Part shown: positions 45,754 to 56,054 of the stretch, in pieces | Numbering within the stretch: position 1 is the stretch's first letter | Layout: each line of letters starts with the position of its first letter | Virus record (IMG/VR): IMGVR_UViG_3300028887_000066 | Coordinates: 243,550 to 307,549 of that record | DNA: 64,000 nt | Source: a virus | Lineage: Duplodnaviria; Heunggongvirae; Uroviricota; Caudoviricetes | Direction: 5' to 3' (one strand) | The notes under the pieces: generated by a model | The model's database searches: none | What the model was told of the DNA's origin: nothing | What the model saw: only the letters and a program-made list of their open reading frames with translations | Made by a program: the position numbers and the translations under genes

Positions 45754-47628
45754 TTAAACCTCTTCTGCTTTCTGAGTACCCCCTGTAAATCCTGAGAAAA
45801 TATCATTCAGGGGATTTCCATCACCTTGTGGATTACTTCCTTGATACATCTTCTGGGTAATCGGATACCAAGTTTGCTCAAGCTCTTTCTGACAAGTTTC
45901 TACAAGACTGACATCTTTTGCCTCAATCGCCTTCTTTAAAGCCTCAATCTTTGGTGTAAGAGTGTTCTTATCATCATCGGTAAGTTTATCACCCATTTCC
46001 TCCATAGATTTTTCAATAGCAAAAATCAAACCGTCAGCATTGTTTAGTTTATCGGCGTTTTCCTTCTTTTTTCTGTCAGCCTCCGCATTTGCCTCTGCTT
46101 CAGCTTTCATACGCTCGATTTCTTCATCGGTAATACTGCTTTTTGATTCAATAGTGATATGCTGTTCCTTATTAGTCGCTTTATCAACAGCAGTTACACT
46201 CAAAACCCCATTAACATCCATATCAAAAGTGACTTCAATCTGAGGCACACCTTTTCTTGCGGGAGCAATCCCATCAAGATTAAAAATACCTATTGTTTTG
46301 TTGTCTACGGCCATTGGACGATTGCCTTGTAGTACCTTTATTTGTACACCTGGCTGATTATCCTGTGCTGTACTGAAAGTTTGTGATTTTTTGGTAGGTA
46401 TCGTTGTATTAGCCTCAATGATGTTCGTCATAACACCCCCTATTGTCTCGATGCCTAAATTCAATGGTGTCACATCAAGTAACAAAACATCCTTATTATC
46501 ACCAGCGATAATTGAACCTTGAACCGCAGCACCAAGAGCTACAATCTCATCAGGATTGACATTTTTAATAAGCTGAACCCCAAATTCCTTCGTGAGCATT
46601 TCCTGAACATAAGGAATTCGTGTAGAACCACCTACGAGAATAATACCAGTAAGTTCATTCGCCATAATGCCTGAATTTGATAAAGCTGTTTTACCACAAC
46701 CTATAACCTTTTTGATTTCATTTGAAATGAGTTTTTCAAATTTGGCACGTGTAACACTGATATTCAAATGCTGTGGAACCCCGTCTTTAGCGGTAATGTA
46801 TGGAATATTAATATCTGTTGTGGTACTATTTGAAAGCTCCATTTTAGCTTTTTCAGCGGCCTCCACGACACGTGTCATTGCCATAGGATCAACAGAAAGG
46901 TCGATACCTGTATCACTTTTAAATGAATTAACAATGTCGTCACACAAAAGCTTAGTAAGGTCTGAACCTCCACAATACACATCACCATACGAACTCAATA
47001 TCTCAACAACACCATCAGAAATGTCGGCAATGGAGAAATCCAATGTTGAGCCACCGTAATCGGCAACCATATATTTACCACCTTTAGCCATATCAATGCC
47101 AGAAGCAAGAATTGCCGCTGTAGGTTCTGCGACGATACGACGTACATTTAGTCCAGCAATTTGACCAGCTTTAATGGTGGCTTCACGTGCTTCATTATCG
47201 AACATAGCAGGTACGGTAATAACAGCCTCTGTAACCTCCTCCCCAAGATAATCTTCTGCTGTCTTCTTTAATTTTTGAAGTATCATTGCGGAAATTTCTT
47301 CAGGGGAATACTCCCTATCACCAATTGCAATTCTTGGGTAGCCATTAACGTTTTTCACATCATACTCAATATGAGCGAAATTGTCTTTTACATTCTCATA
47401 AGTACCACCCATGAAACGTTTAATAAGAACTACTGTATTCTTGGGGTTGGTGATTGCTTGACGTTGTGCCGAAGCCCCGACCTTGCGTGTTCCGTCTTTA
47501 TCAAAAAATACTACAGACGGAGTTGTCCTATTTCCTTCATCATTGACAATAATCACTGGGCTATTACCCTCCATTACAGAGACTTCGCTAAGGGTACTAC
47601 CCAAATCAATTCCAATAATCTTTCCCAT
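45754..47628 (-). CDS. dnaK: Hsp70 chaperone DnaK
   Basis: [18 protein letters not shown] .. [11 protein letters not shown] .. full-length 624 aa with a C-terminal EEV-like tail. Confidence 0.95.
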   Translation of the reverse strand: MGKIIGIDLGSTLSEVSVMEGNSPVIIVNDEGNRTTPSVVFFDKDGTRKVGASAQRQAITNPKNTVVLIKRFMGGTYENVKDNFAHIEYDVKNVNGYPRIAIGDREYSPEEISAMILQKLKKTAEDYLGEEVTEAVITVPAMFDNEAREATIKAGQIAGLNVRRIVAEPTAAILASGIDMAKGGKYMVADYGGSTLDFSIADISDGVVEILSSYGDVYCGGSDLTKLLCDDIVNSFKSDTGIDLSVDPMAMTRVVEAAEKAKMELSNSTTTDINIPYITAKDGVPQHLNISVTRAKFEKLISNEIKKVIGCGKTALSNSGIMANELTGIILVGGSTRIPYVQEMLTKEFGVQLIKNVNPDEIVALGAAVQGSIIAGDNKDVLLLDVTPLNLGIETIGGVMTNIIEANTTIPTKKSQTFSTAQDNQPGVQIKVLQGNRPMAVDNKTIGIFNLDGIAPARKGVPQIEVTFDMDVNGVLSVTAVDKATNKEQHITIESKSSITDEEIERMKAEAEANAEADRKKKENADKLNNADGLIFAIEKSMEEMGDKLTDDDKNTLTPKIEALKKAIEAKDVSLVETCQKELEQTWYPITQKMYQGSNPQGDGNPLNDIFSGFTGGTQKAEEV

Positions 47629-47654
47629 TTTTACTTTTATTGTTTTTGATAAAA

Positions 47655-48056
47655 TTAGTTGAACAAATTTTTGACTTTTTCAAACTTATTCTTTAACTCA
47701 TTATTCTCGTTCTGATACTTCTTCAAGATATTCTCAAGCTCCTTGATCTTTGCATCCTTTTCATCAATTAACAACTGCAATTTAGTCACATCTACATCAT
47801 TGGTCTTGTTATTCTCCTTTCCTATTTGAGGTGTTGCTTTTTCATCTTTCAGAACCTTACCGTCTTTCACCTCTTTTTCCTCATGTTCAACCAATTTGCC
47901 ATTCTTATACGTGTTATTCACATAATGGTAATATGATTTGCCGTTGTCATTTTCATTTTTCTTTACTTCTTTCTCAGTCTTTTCAAAGCTATTGTCAAGC
48001 TCTTTCATCAATTCATCGGCTTCCTCAAAGAAAGTCTTAAAAAACTCATTAAACAT
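47655..48056 (-). CDS. coiled-coil Lys/Glu-rich hypothetical protein
   Basis: Start refined to MFNEFFK to abut the upstream gene. Confidence 0.5.
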   Translation of the reverse strand: MFNEFFKTFFEEADELMKELDNSFEKTEKEVKKNENDNGKSYYHYVNNTYKNGKLVEHEEKEVKDGKVLKDEKATPQIGKENNKTNDVDVTKLQLLIDEKDAKIKELENILKKYQNENNELKNKFEKVKNLFN

Positions 48057-48060
48057 ATTA

Positions 48061-48597
48061 TTAATTATTTTTTTCTTCTTTGTTATTTTCACTATTGTTA
48101 TTAACAACTTCCGTGCCAGATAGTTTTTCAACAATAATTTTACTACCTTCAAATGCCATAATGACAAATTTGTCAGAATTTACTAACATTTTGTCAGAAT
48201 ATACCATTATTTGCTGCTCCTTGCCGTCAAGTTCAATAGTTCCGAGATAGTAGTTTCCATTTACTCTCGTTTCGATAATCCCGATTTTGTTCTTGAATAC
48301 AGAATCAACATCCGTAAACCGATTTTCAACGGTCTCTATCTTTTTTTTTAGCCTGTAATGATATAATAATGATTGTAAGCCTAAAAGTAATACTGCGATA
48401 ACCGCTAATATCAAATAAAAATTCATATTAAACAAACTATTAATACCCAATGCCGCCCATGATGAAAAAACAAGCCCGAATAAAACATCTATCTTTACAA
48501 AACGCATATAAACATCACTATACATTCTATAGTTAATAAACAGCATACTATAGAACAATGTGGTCAGCAATGTGAACAATACTTCATTAGGCATCAT
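48061..48597 (-). CDS. membrane-anchored hypothetical protein (178 aa)
   Basis: Three N-terminal TM helices. Confidence 0.5.
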   Translation of the reverse strand: MMPNEVLFTLLTTLFYSMLFINYRMYSDVYMRFVKIDVLFGLVFSSWAALGINSLFNMNFYLILAVIAVLLLGLQSLLYHYRLKKKIETVENRFTDVDSVFKNKIGIIETRVNGNYYLGTIELDGKEQQIMVYSDKMLVNSDKFVIMAFEGSKIIVEKLSGTEVVNNNSENNKEEKNN

Positions 48598-49327
48598 TTT
48601 CTCCGATTATCAATTCTTTCGCATATGGCAAACTTTCAACCCACTTACAGAATTCACCCCAATCTTCCTTCAGCTTATGATGCTTTCTTTGATGGTACAT
48701 TGTCTGCAACTGTTTATAGTTCGTCGATACCCGCACAAACAATTCAGCACCCATAGGGCAATTGGAAATAATGAGCATGAATGCCGTATATACAGTATCC
48801 TCGTATCCGATGGTCTTAATAGAATTCTCGCCATTCTTGAACTCCCAACTTGAAGGTCTGAATTCGACTATATGGTTATATTGATTTACAAGCGTCTGCA
48901 TCGTCTGTATGTTACTGTTCAAGACATACTTATTGCAACACTTGCTGAAATTCATCTTCGTAATCCTATGCATCATTGATGATGACGACACATAATCAAA
49001 CCAATGATAACGCTGCATCTGCTTTGTGATATATTGGCTGTATTTCATATCAACAGATACTCTGATTCCTGTCAGATAGTTATCATGACACTTAACATTC
49101 TTGCTATTATTACTTGCCTCTACAAGTTTTTTTGCCCTGTCAAGACTTTTTTCAAACTCTTCATCAGTATATTCTACAGGTTCAAGTCTCATCGCATTCC
49201 TACATGCGATTACAGATTCCTTGAGATCATATACTTTTGTATTTCTAAACTCTAACATGTAAACATTTGTTTTTCTATTTTTTATAAACATTAGCCCCGA
49301 CTCCGCCAAGAATAACAAATTCAGCAT
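48587..49327 (-). CDS. hypothetical protein (246 aa)
   Basis: ORF. Confidence 0.55.
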   Translation of the reverse strand: MLNLLFLAESGLMFIKNRKTNVYMLEFRNTKVYDLKESVIACRNAMRLEPVEYTDEEFEKSLDRAKKLVEASNNSKNVKCHDNYLTGIRVSVDMKYSQYITKQMQRYHWFDYVSSSSMMHRITKMNFSKCCNKYVLNSNIQTMQTLVNQYNHIVEFRPSSWEFKNGENSIKTIGYEDTVYTAFMLIISNCPMGAELFVRVSTNYKQLQTMYHQRKHHKLKEDWGEFCKWVESLPYAKELIIGENDA

Positions 49328-50384
49328 TTTTGAAATCGGACAATGTTTTACTATTGGTATAGCTCATCGAACTCCTTAAATAGGAGTCCATATTCTCAAT
49401 CCAATGTGACACAGGATACTTAACCTCAACGGGTTTGCAAATACCTTCAGACACTTTTGATCCGTCACCTCCCGTAATCATTTGCATTGAGCGGTGCGAC
49501 ATACCAGAATACATCCTATAAGGCGTAAGTGTATCCTTTATTGATACATCAAGATTGTATAATTCATCAGGGAAATATCCGATGTCTAAAGTAAAATCTT
49601 CTTCTGACATACAATATAGGACTTTGCCACAAGCTTCTTCACACTCAGCAAATAATTTCCCTATCATTACGGCATCAGCACCTAATGCAAGAGCTTTATT
49701 GATGTCATCATACCATTCAATTCCGCCGTCCAATATAATTTTAGTATACTCGCAATGGCAATCCTTGTCAAACTTAATGTATTTTTTCTTTTCTTCTATT
49801 AACTCATCCACCAACGATGCGGCAGGAAAATGAATACCTAACGCACAACTACTTGTGCATCTACTACCGCCACCGATAGAAACACGTATCCAATCCACAC
49901 AAGCTTCACATAATTCACTGTAAATGTGAGGATTAGCAATATTACCCGTCATAACCTCCACTCTTTCGCCATATGAATTCTTAATACGTTTACACACATT
50001 AAGAAGTTTCCTCATATGCCCATTTGCAAGATCAATACAGATGTATTTCTTTTCAAAACCCGTATCCTCATATTCTGAGAATTCTTCTGCTTCAGATAAT
50101 GACAAAGATACAAATGTTTCATCGGCAAGGTTAATTCTCTCTTCCAAGCTAAGTCTCTGTTGAACTGAACGTGGGATAACGGGTGTTAATTTGTTCTCTA
50201 TCCATTTAGTATAATTGAATTCGTCAGTAACAGCCGCCATCGGAGCCACAAAAATAGGATAGCTTTCTCTCCCACAAATTTTCGTGAATGGGTTTACGTC
50301 TTTTCTGCTATCGATTTCTGTAATACTCGCAGGGATAATAGCCACATCTTTCAGGCTATAGCAAATTTTGTTCAATTTACTCAT
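49275..50384 (-). CDS. IMP dehydrogenase/GMP reductase family protein (GuaC-like, no CBS domains)
   Basis: ICIDLANGH, GNIANPHIYSELCEACVDWIRVSIGGGSRCTSS (catalytic Cys loop), ILDGGIEWYDDINKALALGADAVMIG. Confidence 0.75.
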   Translation of the reverse strand: MSKLNKICYSLKDVAIIPASITEIDSRKDVNPFTKICGRESYPIFVAPMAAVTDEFNYTKWIENKLTPVIPRSVQQRLSLEERINLADETFVSLSLSEAEEFSEYEDTGFEKKYICIDLANGHMRKLLNVCKRIKNSYGERVEVMTGNIANPHIYSELCEACVDWIRVSIGGGSRCTSSCALGIHFPAASLVDELIEEKKKYIKFDKDCHCEYTKIILDGGIEWYDDINKALALGADAVMIGKLFAECEEACGKVLYCMSEEDFTLDIGYFPDELYNLDVSIKDTLTPYRMYSGMSHRSMQMITGGDGSKVSEGICKPVEVKYPVSHWIENMDSYLRSSMSYTNSKTLSDFKNAEFVILGGVGANVYKK

Positions 50385-50475
50385 TTCTGTATAAATTTCA
50401 ATCAAAATAAATATACAAAAAATTAGGGATACACAATACTGCATACCCCTTTAATGACTTTCTCTGATCAATGAT

Positions 50476-50811
50476 TTACTTCTTATCTTTGTCATCATCA
50501 AGCTCAACTTCAACTTCGTCATCAAGCATCTTCTTTGCCTTCTCAAGATACTCTTTTGACTTTTCATAACCATCTGCGTCCTGCATGTATGTGATATACT
50601 CATTCAGCTTCTGTGCAATCTTGGACTTATCGTCAGCCACATCCTTGATGCTGTTGATTGTTTCATCGGCCTTACGCCTTGATTCATATGCCATTTCCTC
50701 CGCATTGTCAATAGCATCATCCAAGGTACGACGTACACGCTTCTCACGGAATGAGAACGTTTCTGCCAATACACCCTTTACTCCTTTTACAATAAAATCA
50801 ATTCTTTTCAT
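50476..50811 (-). CDS. acidic coiled-coil hypothetical protein
   Basis: ORF. Confidence 0.5.
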   Translation of the reverse strand: MKRIDFIVKGVKGVLAETFSFREKRVRRTLDDAIDNAEEMAYESRRKADETINSIKDVADDKSKIAQKLNEYITYMQDADGYEKSKEYLEKAKKMLDDEVEVELDDDKDKK

Positions 50812-50824
50812 TTTTATTAAACGT

Positions 50825-51304
50825 TTAATTAATCTTTATCCAATATTTTTGTTTGAAATTTACTTTTCTCACTTTTACACAACAATAATCGGTTTTGATT
50901 AAATATCTTCTACCGATATTTACCGTACCTTGGTCTGAAATAGTGAAAGATGAAACACTGGTAGATGGGATATATCTCTGTCCATATGGATAATGATACC
51001 ACCAATTTTTTGCTGTTGTTCCCTGTGTCCAAATAGTACCAAAACTCTCCTCTATTGCCTTTTTAACACCATTATCAATATAATCGGTAATTGTCATAGA
51101 TACTTGGTCAGCACAGATGGATGAGTTGGCATCACTTCTTGTTGTAGTAATACATGTAGCATCACCGCCATAATAAGAAGTTACTCCTACAGCAAGGTCA
51201 GATGCTTTTATGGTACAGCAATAGCTATCGACATAATCATCGTGTGACGCATTACACGTAGCAGAAATTCTTTCTTTTAACTCTTCCTCATTTTTGTATA
51301 ACAT
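50825..51304 (-). CDS. Cys/Tyr-rich hypothetical protein
   Basis: ORF. Confidence 0.5.
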   Translation of the reverse strand: MLYKNEEELKERISATCNASHDDYVDSYCCTIKASDLAVGVTSYYGGDATCITTTRSDANSSICADQVSMTITDYIDNGVKKAIEESFGTIWTQGTTAKNWWYHYPYGQRYIPSTSVSSFTISDQGTVNIGRRYLIKTDYCCVKVRKVNFKQKYWIKIN

Positions 51305-51308
51305 TATA

Positions 51309-52010
51309 TTAACTTTTTTTCATATCGAATATGATAGGACTATAAGCAACTTCGTATTTTTCATTAAGTATCGATGCATTAGCTATTTTAATTCCTTCAT
51401 ATTCTGTTATTTTTTTAAGAGGCGAAGAATGAATATGCCCAAAAAACACGTATTTTGGTTTCCTGTCCAACACGTATTTAGCAAGTACCTCATTTCCAAA
51501 ATTCCTACCATTTACGTCGCCTTCAGTAGCCATTCCACCATTTAAAATATCAGGGGCATCGTGTGTAACAAGAATGTCAAGCCCATATGGTATGAAATCA
51601 TAGTATCTCTCCAAATTATCCCGTGTAAACGGCCATCTTGGTAAAGGTTTACAATATGGGCAACCAAAAATCTTATATACTACGCCATCATTCTTGAAAT
51701 CAAATTCCTCATTATCAAGATATATGAGACGGTTATCCTTAATATTTGAAAGCCATTCGTTTTTCTGTTTGTTGCTAATTCCTTCCAAGAAAAACGAATG
51801 ATTTCCCGCTATCATTACTACCTTAGATTCAGAATTCCTATATGGCAATTTATTTATCCAATCAGAGAATGTGGTATTTAGCCATTCTTTATGAAACTGT
51901 CTGCTCTGATTCCATACAGGTTCGCCATCACCACACATGATCAAAAGATCAAATTCTTCTTTAATTGGTATCAAATTTCCATGTAAATCACTTATTACAA
52001 TAACTTTCAT
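51309..52010 (-). CDS. calcineurin-like metallophosphoesterase
   Basis: VISDLHGN, MCGDGE, AGNHSF, GHIH motifs. Confidence 0.85.
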   Translation of the reverse strand: MKVIVISDLHGNLIPIKEEFDLLIMCGDGEPVWNQSRQFHKEWLNTTFSDWINKLPYRNSESKVVMIAGNHSFFLEGISNKQKNEWLSNIKDNRLIYLDNEEFDFKNDGVVYKIFGCPYCKPLPRWPFTRDNLERYYDFIPYGLDILVTHDAPDILNGGMATEGDVNGRNFGNEVLAKYVLDRKPKYVFFGHIHSSPLKKITEYEGIKIANASILNEKYEVAYSPIIFDMKKS

Positions 52011-52035
52011 ATCCTAAATATACAGAAAATACGTT

Positions 52036-52329
52036 TTAGTATTCAATAGTGTAAAGTATGTCACCGAATGAGGTCTCTCCTCTCCTGATATACTTTCCAT
52101 CAATATTAAACATTATCATCCCATAAGGAGATTCACCAAAACGTATATACTTGTTAGAATCGATATTACCGACTATTCTTCCATAGCCTGACTCACCTTC
52201 CCTAATACGGTTAGAGGAATCGATGTTGTATAATATTTGACCATACGGTGAAAACCCTCTTCTGATGTATTTTCCATCAAAATTATAGGAAATGTTTCCG
52301 TAGCCTCCTTGTCCTTCTCTGATAATCAT
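52036..52329 (-). CDS. tandem-repeat protein (4 x ~24-aa G-x-S/G-x-Y-G-x-I-x-x-N-I-D-x-x-x-Y-I-R-x-G-E repeats)
   Basis: Repeats visible directly in the translation. Confidence 0.55.
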   Translation of the reverse strand: MIIREGQGGYGNISYNFDGKYIRRGFSPYGQILYNIDSSNRIREGESGYGRIVGNIDSNKYIRFGESPYGMIMFNIDGKYIRRGETSFGDILYTIEY

Positions 52330-52349
52330 ATTTTTTACTTTTAATTACA

Positions 52350-52387
52350 ATGCAAAGATAAGACAATTATTTCAAACGGCCAAATCA
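52350..52387 (-). promoter_or_regulatory. Bacteroidetes-type promoter (TTTGGCCGT..20 nt..TATCTTTG) for 52036-52329
   Basis: caaagata 52353-52360 and cggccaaa 52377-52384. Confidence 0.6.
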
Positions 52388-52855
52388 CCAACAGTCAAAA
52401 TCGGTAATATCGGCGGTTTCTCCGCATATATTACATTTACAATGCACAACATTTCCAAGACCTGTACCCATAAACGAAACAACAGTTCCACCACCTATCG
52501 CACCACGATTTACACCTTCATGACGATGGTTTTCACAGAACTTCAAATAACGGGCATATTCGACCCTAGAAAGCTTATATCCGTATTTGCAGTGTGATTC
52601 ATAATGCTTCTCGAAATTCTCTATGCCATTAGTATCTTCCTCTGTTATCTTTTCGTAGTCAAACGGATCCTTCAAAACCTCATTAGGTTCTTTTCTTACA
52701 AGTTTCTCTTTAATGTAACTCTCATCGACTATGGCAACACCATAACCTCCATTATACATTGCCAATTTATTCTCATCGATCCATATAGCCTTATCACCAT
52801 TATGACAAAGATATACATCACCAAACTGAGCATTTTCAAAAATGTCTTTTTCCAT
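52385..52855 (-). CDS. hypothetical protein with C-terminal Cys cluster
   Basis: ORF. Confidence 0.5.
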   Translation of the reverse strand: MEKDIFENAQFGDVYLCHNGDKAIWIDENKLAMYNGGYGVAIVDESYIKEKLVRKEPNEVLKDPFDYEKITEEDTNGIENFEKHYESHCKYGYKLSRVEYARYLKFCENHRHEGVNRGAIGGGTVVSFMGTGLGNVVHCKCNICGETADITDFDCW

Positions 52856-52861
52856 ATTTTC

Positions 52862-53353
52862 CTAACTATTAAAATTCTGAGTCCATTCCTGACTAAACCA
52901 AACATTATCTGGTATGCCGCCGAAACGTTTTCCCGCCTCCTTGAACATATTTATCAATTCGCGCCCTGTGTAACCGCACAATGTCTTTTCATTCGGCTGA
53001 TTACGGTATGCCACCTTGAATTTCATATTCGGATTTTCTTTGGCACATACATACATGTCAACGATGTTTCTTACAATTGTTTCCTGATCAATGCTTGGGC
53101 GGTAGTTTTTGGTGAGGTCTGTTGTCGGTAGAGCGTATGAATTACCGACTAAACCCTTTCCAACGCCATACTTTGCTCCAAAATACTTATGCGCCGCTGC
53201 TGCTGAACCAGCACCATGACGACCTTCAGGATTACTACCGAACACGAAAATCGTATCGGCGGATGGGCTTATATTGCCTGTATATGTATTCATTTTCAAT
53301 ATTTTTTTAAAGTTACAAAAATTATTCCAATTGTTTAGCGGTTTCAGGGTCAT
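52862..53353 (-). CDS. hypothetical protein with Gly-rich Rossmann-like N-terminus (FVFGSNPEGRHGAGSAAAA)
   Basis: ORF; family not recognised. Confidence 0.5.
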   Translation of the reverse strand: MTLKPLNNWNNFCNFKKILKMNTYTGNISPSADTIFVFGSNPEGRHGAGSAAAAHKYFGAKYGVGKGLVGNSYALPTTDLTKNYRPSIDQETIVRNIVDMYVCAKENPNMKFKVAYRNQPNEKTLCGYTGRELINMFKEAGKRFGGIPDNVWFSQEWTQNFNS

Positions 53354-54002
53354 ATTTTTTATACAACTCTGTCATCCACCACTTAGTTTTGAACTTTACT
53401 TTCGGAAGTCTTTGCCCTTTCATCAACGTTGTGCGTCGGCAAACGACCCCTTCTTTTACATTAGGGTATTGGCAACCTTCCTGAGTCCAGTCATTGTCCT
53501 GAATCGACTTTATAAAGTCTTTTGTTAATTTTCCTCTGTATATCAGTTCTGGTTGTATTATTTCCTTATGTGAATAAAACAGCTCAATTAGGGGTTTAAA
53601 CTCGATATATCCTTTCTTTTTCAAAAATACATCTATCAATGCCAGCCTAAGTTCATCACCGTCTTCATGAAAACCTGCAAAGGAATGGTCTCCATACCAC
53701 TCAAAATAGAATGTGACTTCATCAATGCCATTAAACAGACCCTTCTTTCCTGAATTTTCGGTGACTATTCTTGAAAGCAGGTCAGGGTAGCATGAATTAT
53801 TAAACCATTTAACGGCATCACCAAATTGTTCATCATTTTCATCAAATACTCGCTTACGCGACCCAAACTGTTCAAACGCTTTCCTTTTCGGAGAATATTT
53901 TATGCACACGTTCTGTCCGTCAAGCTTATTGAATGCAGCTATTTCTTCTCCAAGTAATGTTCCATCGTCTTGTATTCTGTTTATACTATCGTAATGCTTC
54001 AT
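53322..54002 (-). CDS. ATP-dependent RNA ligase, Rnl2-like nucleotidyltransferase domain only
   Basis: Motif I FNKLDGQNVCIKY (KxDGxN), motif III-like FYFEWYG, motif IV EGVVCR, motif V KVKFKTK. Confidence 0.7.
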   Translation of the reverse strand: MKHYDSINRIQDDGTLLGEEIAAFNKLDGQNVCIKYSPKRKAFEQFGSRKRVFDENDEQFGDAVKWFNNSCYPDLLSRIVTENSGKKGLFNGIDEVTFYFEWYGDHSFAGFHEDGDELRLALIDVFLKKKGYIEFKPLIELFYSHKEIIQPELIYRGKLTKDFIKSIQDNDWTQEGCQYPNVKEGVVCRRTTLMKGQRLPKVKFKTKWWMTELYKKYDPETAKQLE

Positions 54003-54945
54003 TTTTAAAAGTCCCCTCAATTCTTTTATAGTATTCTGCGTATTTTTCAGATTTGACTATATCTCTAGTCCGCCTTGCAACCCCATAGTCAATATCTATT
54101 ACATCACTAAATGTATGTGTTTCATCCATAATGTAAATTCTTTGGGACAAAAATAACGCCTCAGAAATATCATGCGTTATCATTATAAATGTCCTGTCTA
54201 TTTTTTGATCATAGAATATCTTGAGGAGAATGTCCTGCATTGCAGCCTTTGATGCGATGTCCAATCCTGAAGAATATTCGTCAAGCACAAGAATTTGTGA
54301 ATCGGATGCCAAAGACCTTGCCAATGCGACGCGCTGTAATTGACCTCCTGACAATGGTGGCATTTTTGCCCATTTATCTTCGTGTCCCTTCAACCCCACC
54401 AGATCAATAAGCTCTAATGCTTTCTCTTTTGCCACCTTTTTGTCAATGCCTTTCATCTTCATAGGAAGCATTACATTTTCTAACACACTCATCCATTCAA
54501 AAGACGAATACTGCTGAAATACCGTAGGCACAAACGTTTTGTCAGTATATGGCTTACCATACATCAATACCTCCCCTTCATTTGGCTTTGTCAAACCTGA
54601 TATAATACGACTTAACTGTGTCTTTCCTGAGCCTGATTTACCCATAATGGTAATAAACTGTCCCATACCCTTAAAATCAGGTATCCTAAAATTAAGTTTA
54701 TCAAAAAGTGTGAAATTACCAAACTTTAAAGTAATGTCTTTCAGATTAATGACATCCAACGGCTCACACTCATAAATTCCGTCCATGACAGCTTTTTCAT
54801 TGTTTTCCTCGACAGTTGTAGGCTCAGTATTATTTTGCGCCTCAGAAGGCTTTAAAATGGCTCCTGCGATACTTTCAGATGTGTTATCAACCGTGGATAC
54901 CTTCGTATTTTCAGGTTCCTTGAACAATGTATCAAATTTTCCCAT
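53986..54945 (-). CDS. ABC transporter ATP-binding protein (NitT/TauT-like)
   Basis: Walker A GKSGSGKT, signature LSGGQLQRVALARSL, Walker B ILVLDE. Confidence 0.9.
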   Translation of the reverse strand: MGKFDTLFKEPENTKVSTVDNTSESIAGAILKPSEAQNNTEPTTVEENNEKAVMDGIYECEPLDVINLKDITLKFGNFTLFDKLNFRIPDFKGMGQFITIMGKSGSGKTQLSRIISGLTKPNEGEVLMYGKPYTDKTFVPTVFQQYSSFEWMSVLENVMLPMKMKGIDKKVAKEKALELIDLVGLKGHEDKWAKMPPLSGGQLQRVALARSLASDSQILVLDEYSSGLDIASKAAMQDILLKIFYDQKIDRTFIMITHDISEALFLSQRIYIMDETHTFSDVIDIDYGVARRTRDIVKSEKYAEYYKRIEGTFKNEALR

Positions 54946-54951
54946 AAATTA

Positions 54952-55785
54952 TTATTTATTATACTTGAATGGAAACAGTTTTTTTGAGAAATAAGTAAAC
55001 GCCATATCTTGTAGCGTACCAATTATGATGATTATAAACAAAAGAGCGAATGCTTCTGCCATGTACGATTGCCGTATCATCGTGTTTATCAATGCGCCGA
55101 TTCCGCTAATCGAACCATCTTTATATATCATTTCAGCGATAACCACATATGTATAACTGATCGCCGTCAAATTTATAATATCATTTACTATCCCGCTTGT
55201 TACATATGGAAAATATACATAGCGGAATTTTTGCCACTTATTAGCCCCTAATGTTTGTATTGTTTGTAGATAAACATTATCCTTAACATTACTTGGGTTT
55301 TGTAGGTCGTTAATTTTATTTACCACAGTAGGTATAATATAAATCATAATGGCCACGGTAAGAAACCACGTCTTCATTTCAAATGTCAGTCCCCAAATAA
55401 CGATAAAAATACTTGAAACCGCAGGTAATGGCAAAAATCTTACGCTGTTTATACTTTTTCCAAATAAGATATTGTTAATTGGGTATAATGCCAAGAAAAA
55501 GCCTATCGGTAAAGACAATAGGATGGCATAAACATAACACATAAGGTTAAGTTTTACCGTAAACCAAATATTAGCAAATAAATGATTATCAGTGATAAGA
55601 CCACCAATCGATGTAATTACATTAAACGGGTCTGGAAGCACCTTAGGTGAAACCAATTCAAATGCTGCAATAAAATGCCATAGCATAATGATGATGGTGA
55701 AACCGATAACAGTAATAATGCTGTTATTCAATACACCAAAATCACTATCCCCACCAAATTTGAAGAGTTTTTTGAACAAATTCAT
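54952..55785 (-). CDS. ABC transporter permease
   Basis: Six TM helices, binding-protein-dependent permease topology. Confidence 0.8.
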   Translation of the reverse strand: MNLFKKLFKFGGDSDFGVLNNSIITVIGFTIIIMLWHFIAAFELVSPKVLPDPFNVITSIGGLITDNHLFANIWFTVKLNLMCYVYAILLSLPIGFFLALYPINNILFGKSINSVRFLPLPAVSSIFIVIWGLTFEMKTWFLTVAIMIYIIPTVVNKINDLQNPSNVKDNVYLQTIQTLGANKWQKFRYVYFPYVTSGIVNDIINLTAISYTYVVIAEMIYKDGSISGIGALINTMIRQSYMAEAFALLFIIIIIGTLQDMAFTYFSKKLFPFKYNK

Positions 55786-55982
55786 TATTTATTTCTATTG
55801 ATTAAAATTGTTTCGCCACAATTAGGGCAGTTTATCGAATCTTTGACAACCGTTTCTCTTGCTATTCTGTTAACAAGTTCTTGATCATGTTCATTTATTA
55901 ACGACGACCATAATACAACGGTTATAAATGCCATTACTAAAACTAATAGGATACCTCCTATAACCTGAAACACTGTTTTCAT
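55785..55982 (-). CDS. small membrane protein with CxxC zinc-ribbon
   Basis: TM helix + CPNCGE. Confidence 0.4.
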   Translation of the reverse strand: MKTVFQVIGGILLVLVMAFITVVLWSSLINEHDQELVNRIARETVVKDSINCPNCGETILINRNK

Positions 55983-56054
55983 ATTTTGGAAAATTTGAGG
56001 GAGATGCTTACAATACCCTGAAAAACACCTCCCTCTTTATTATTTATGGAAAAC

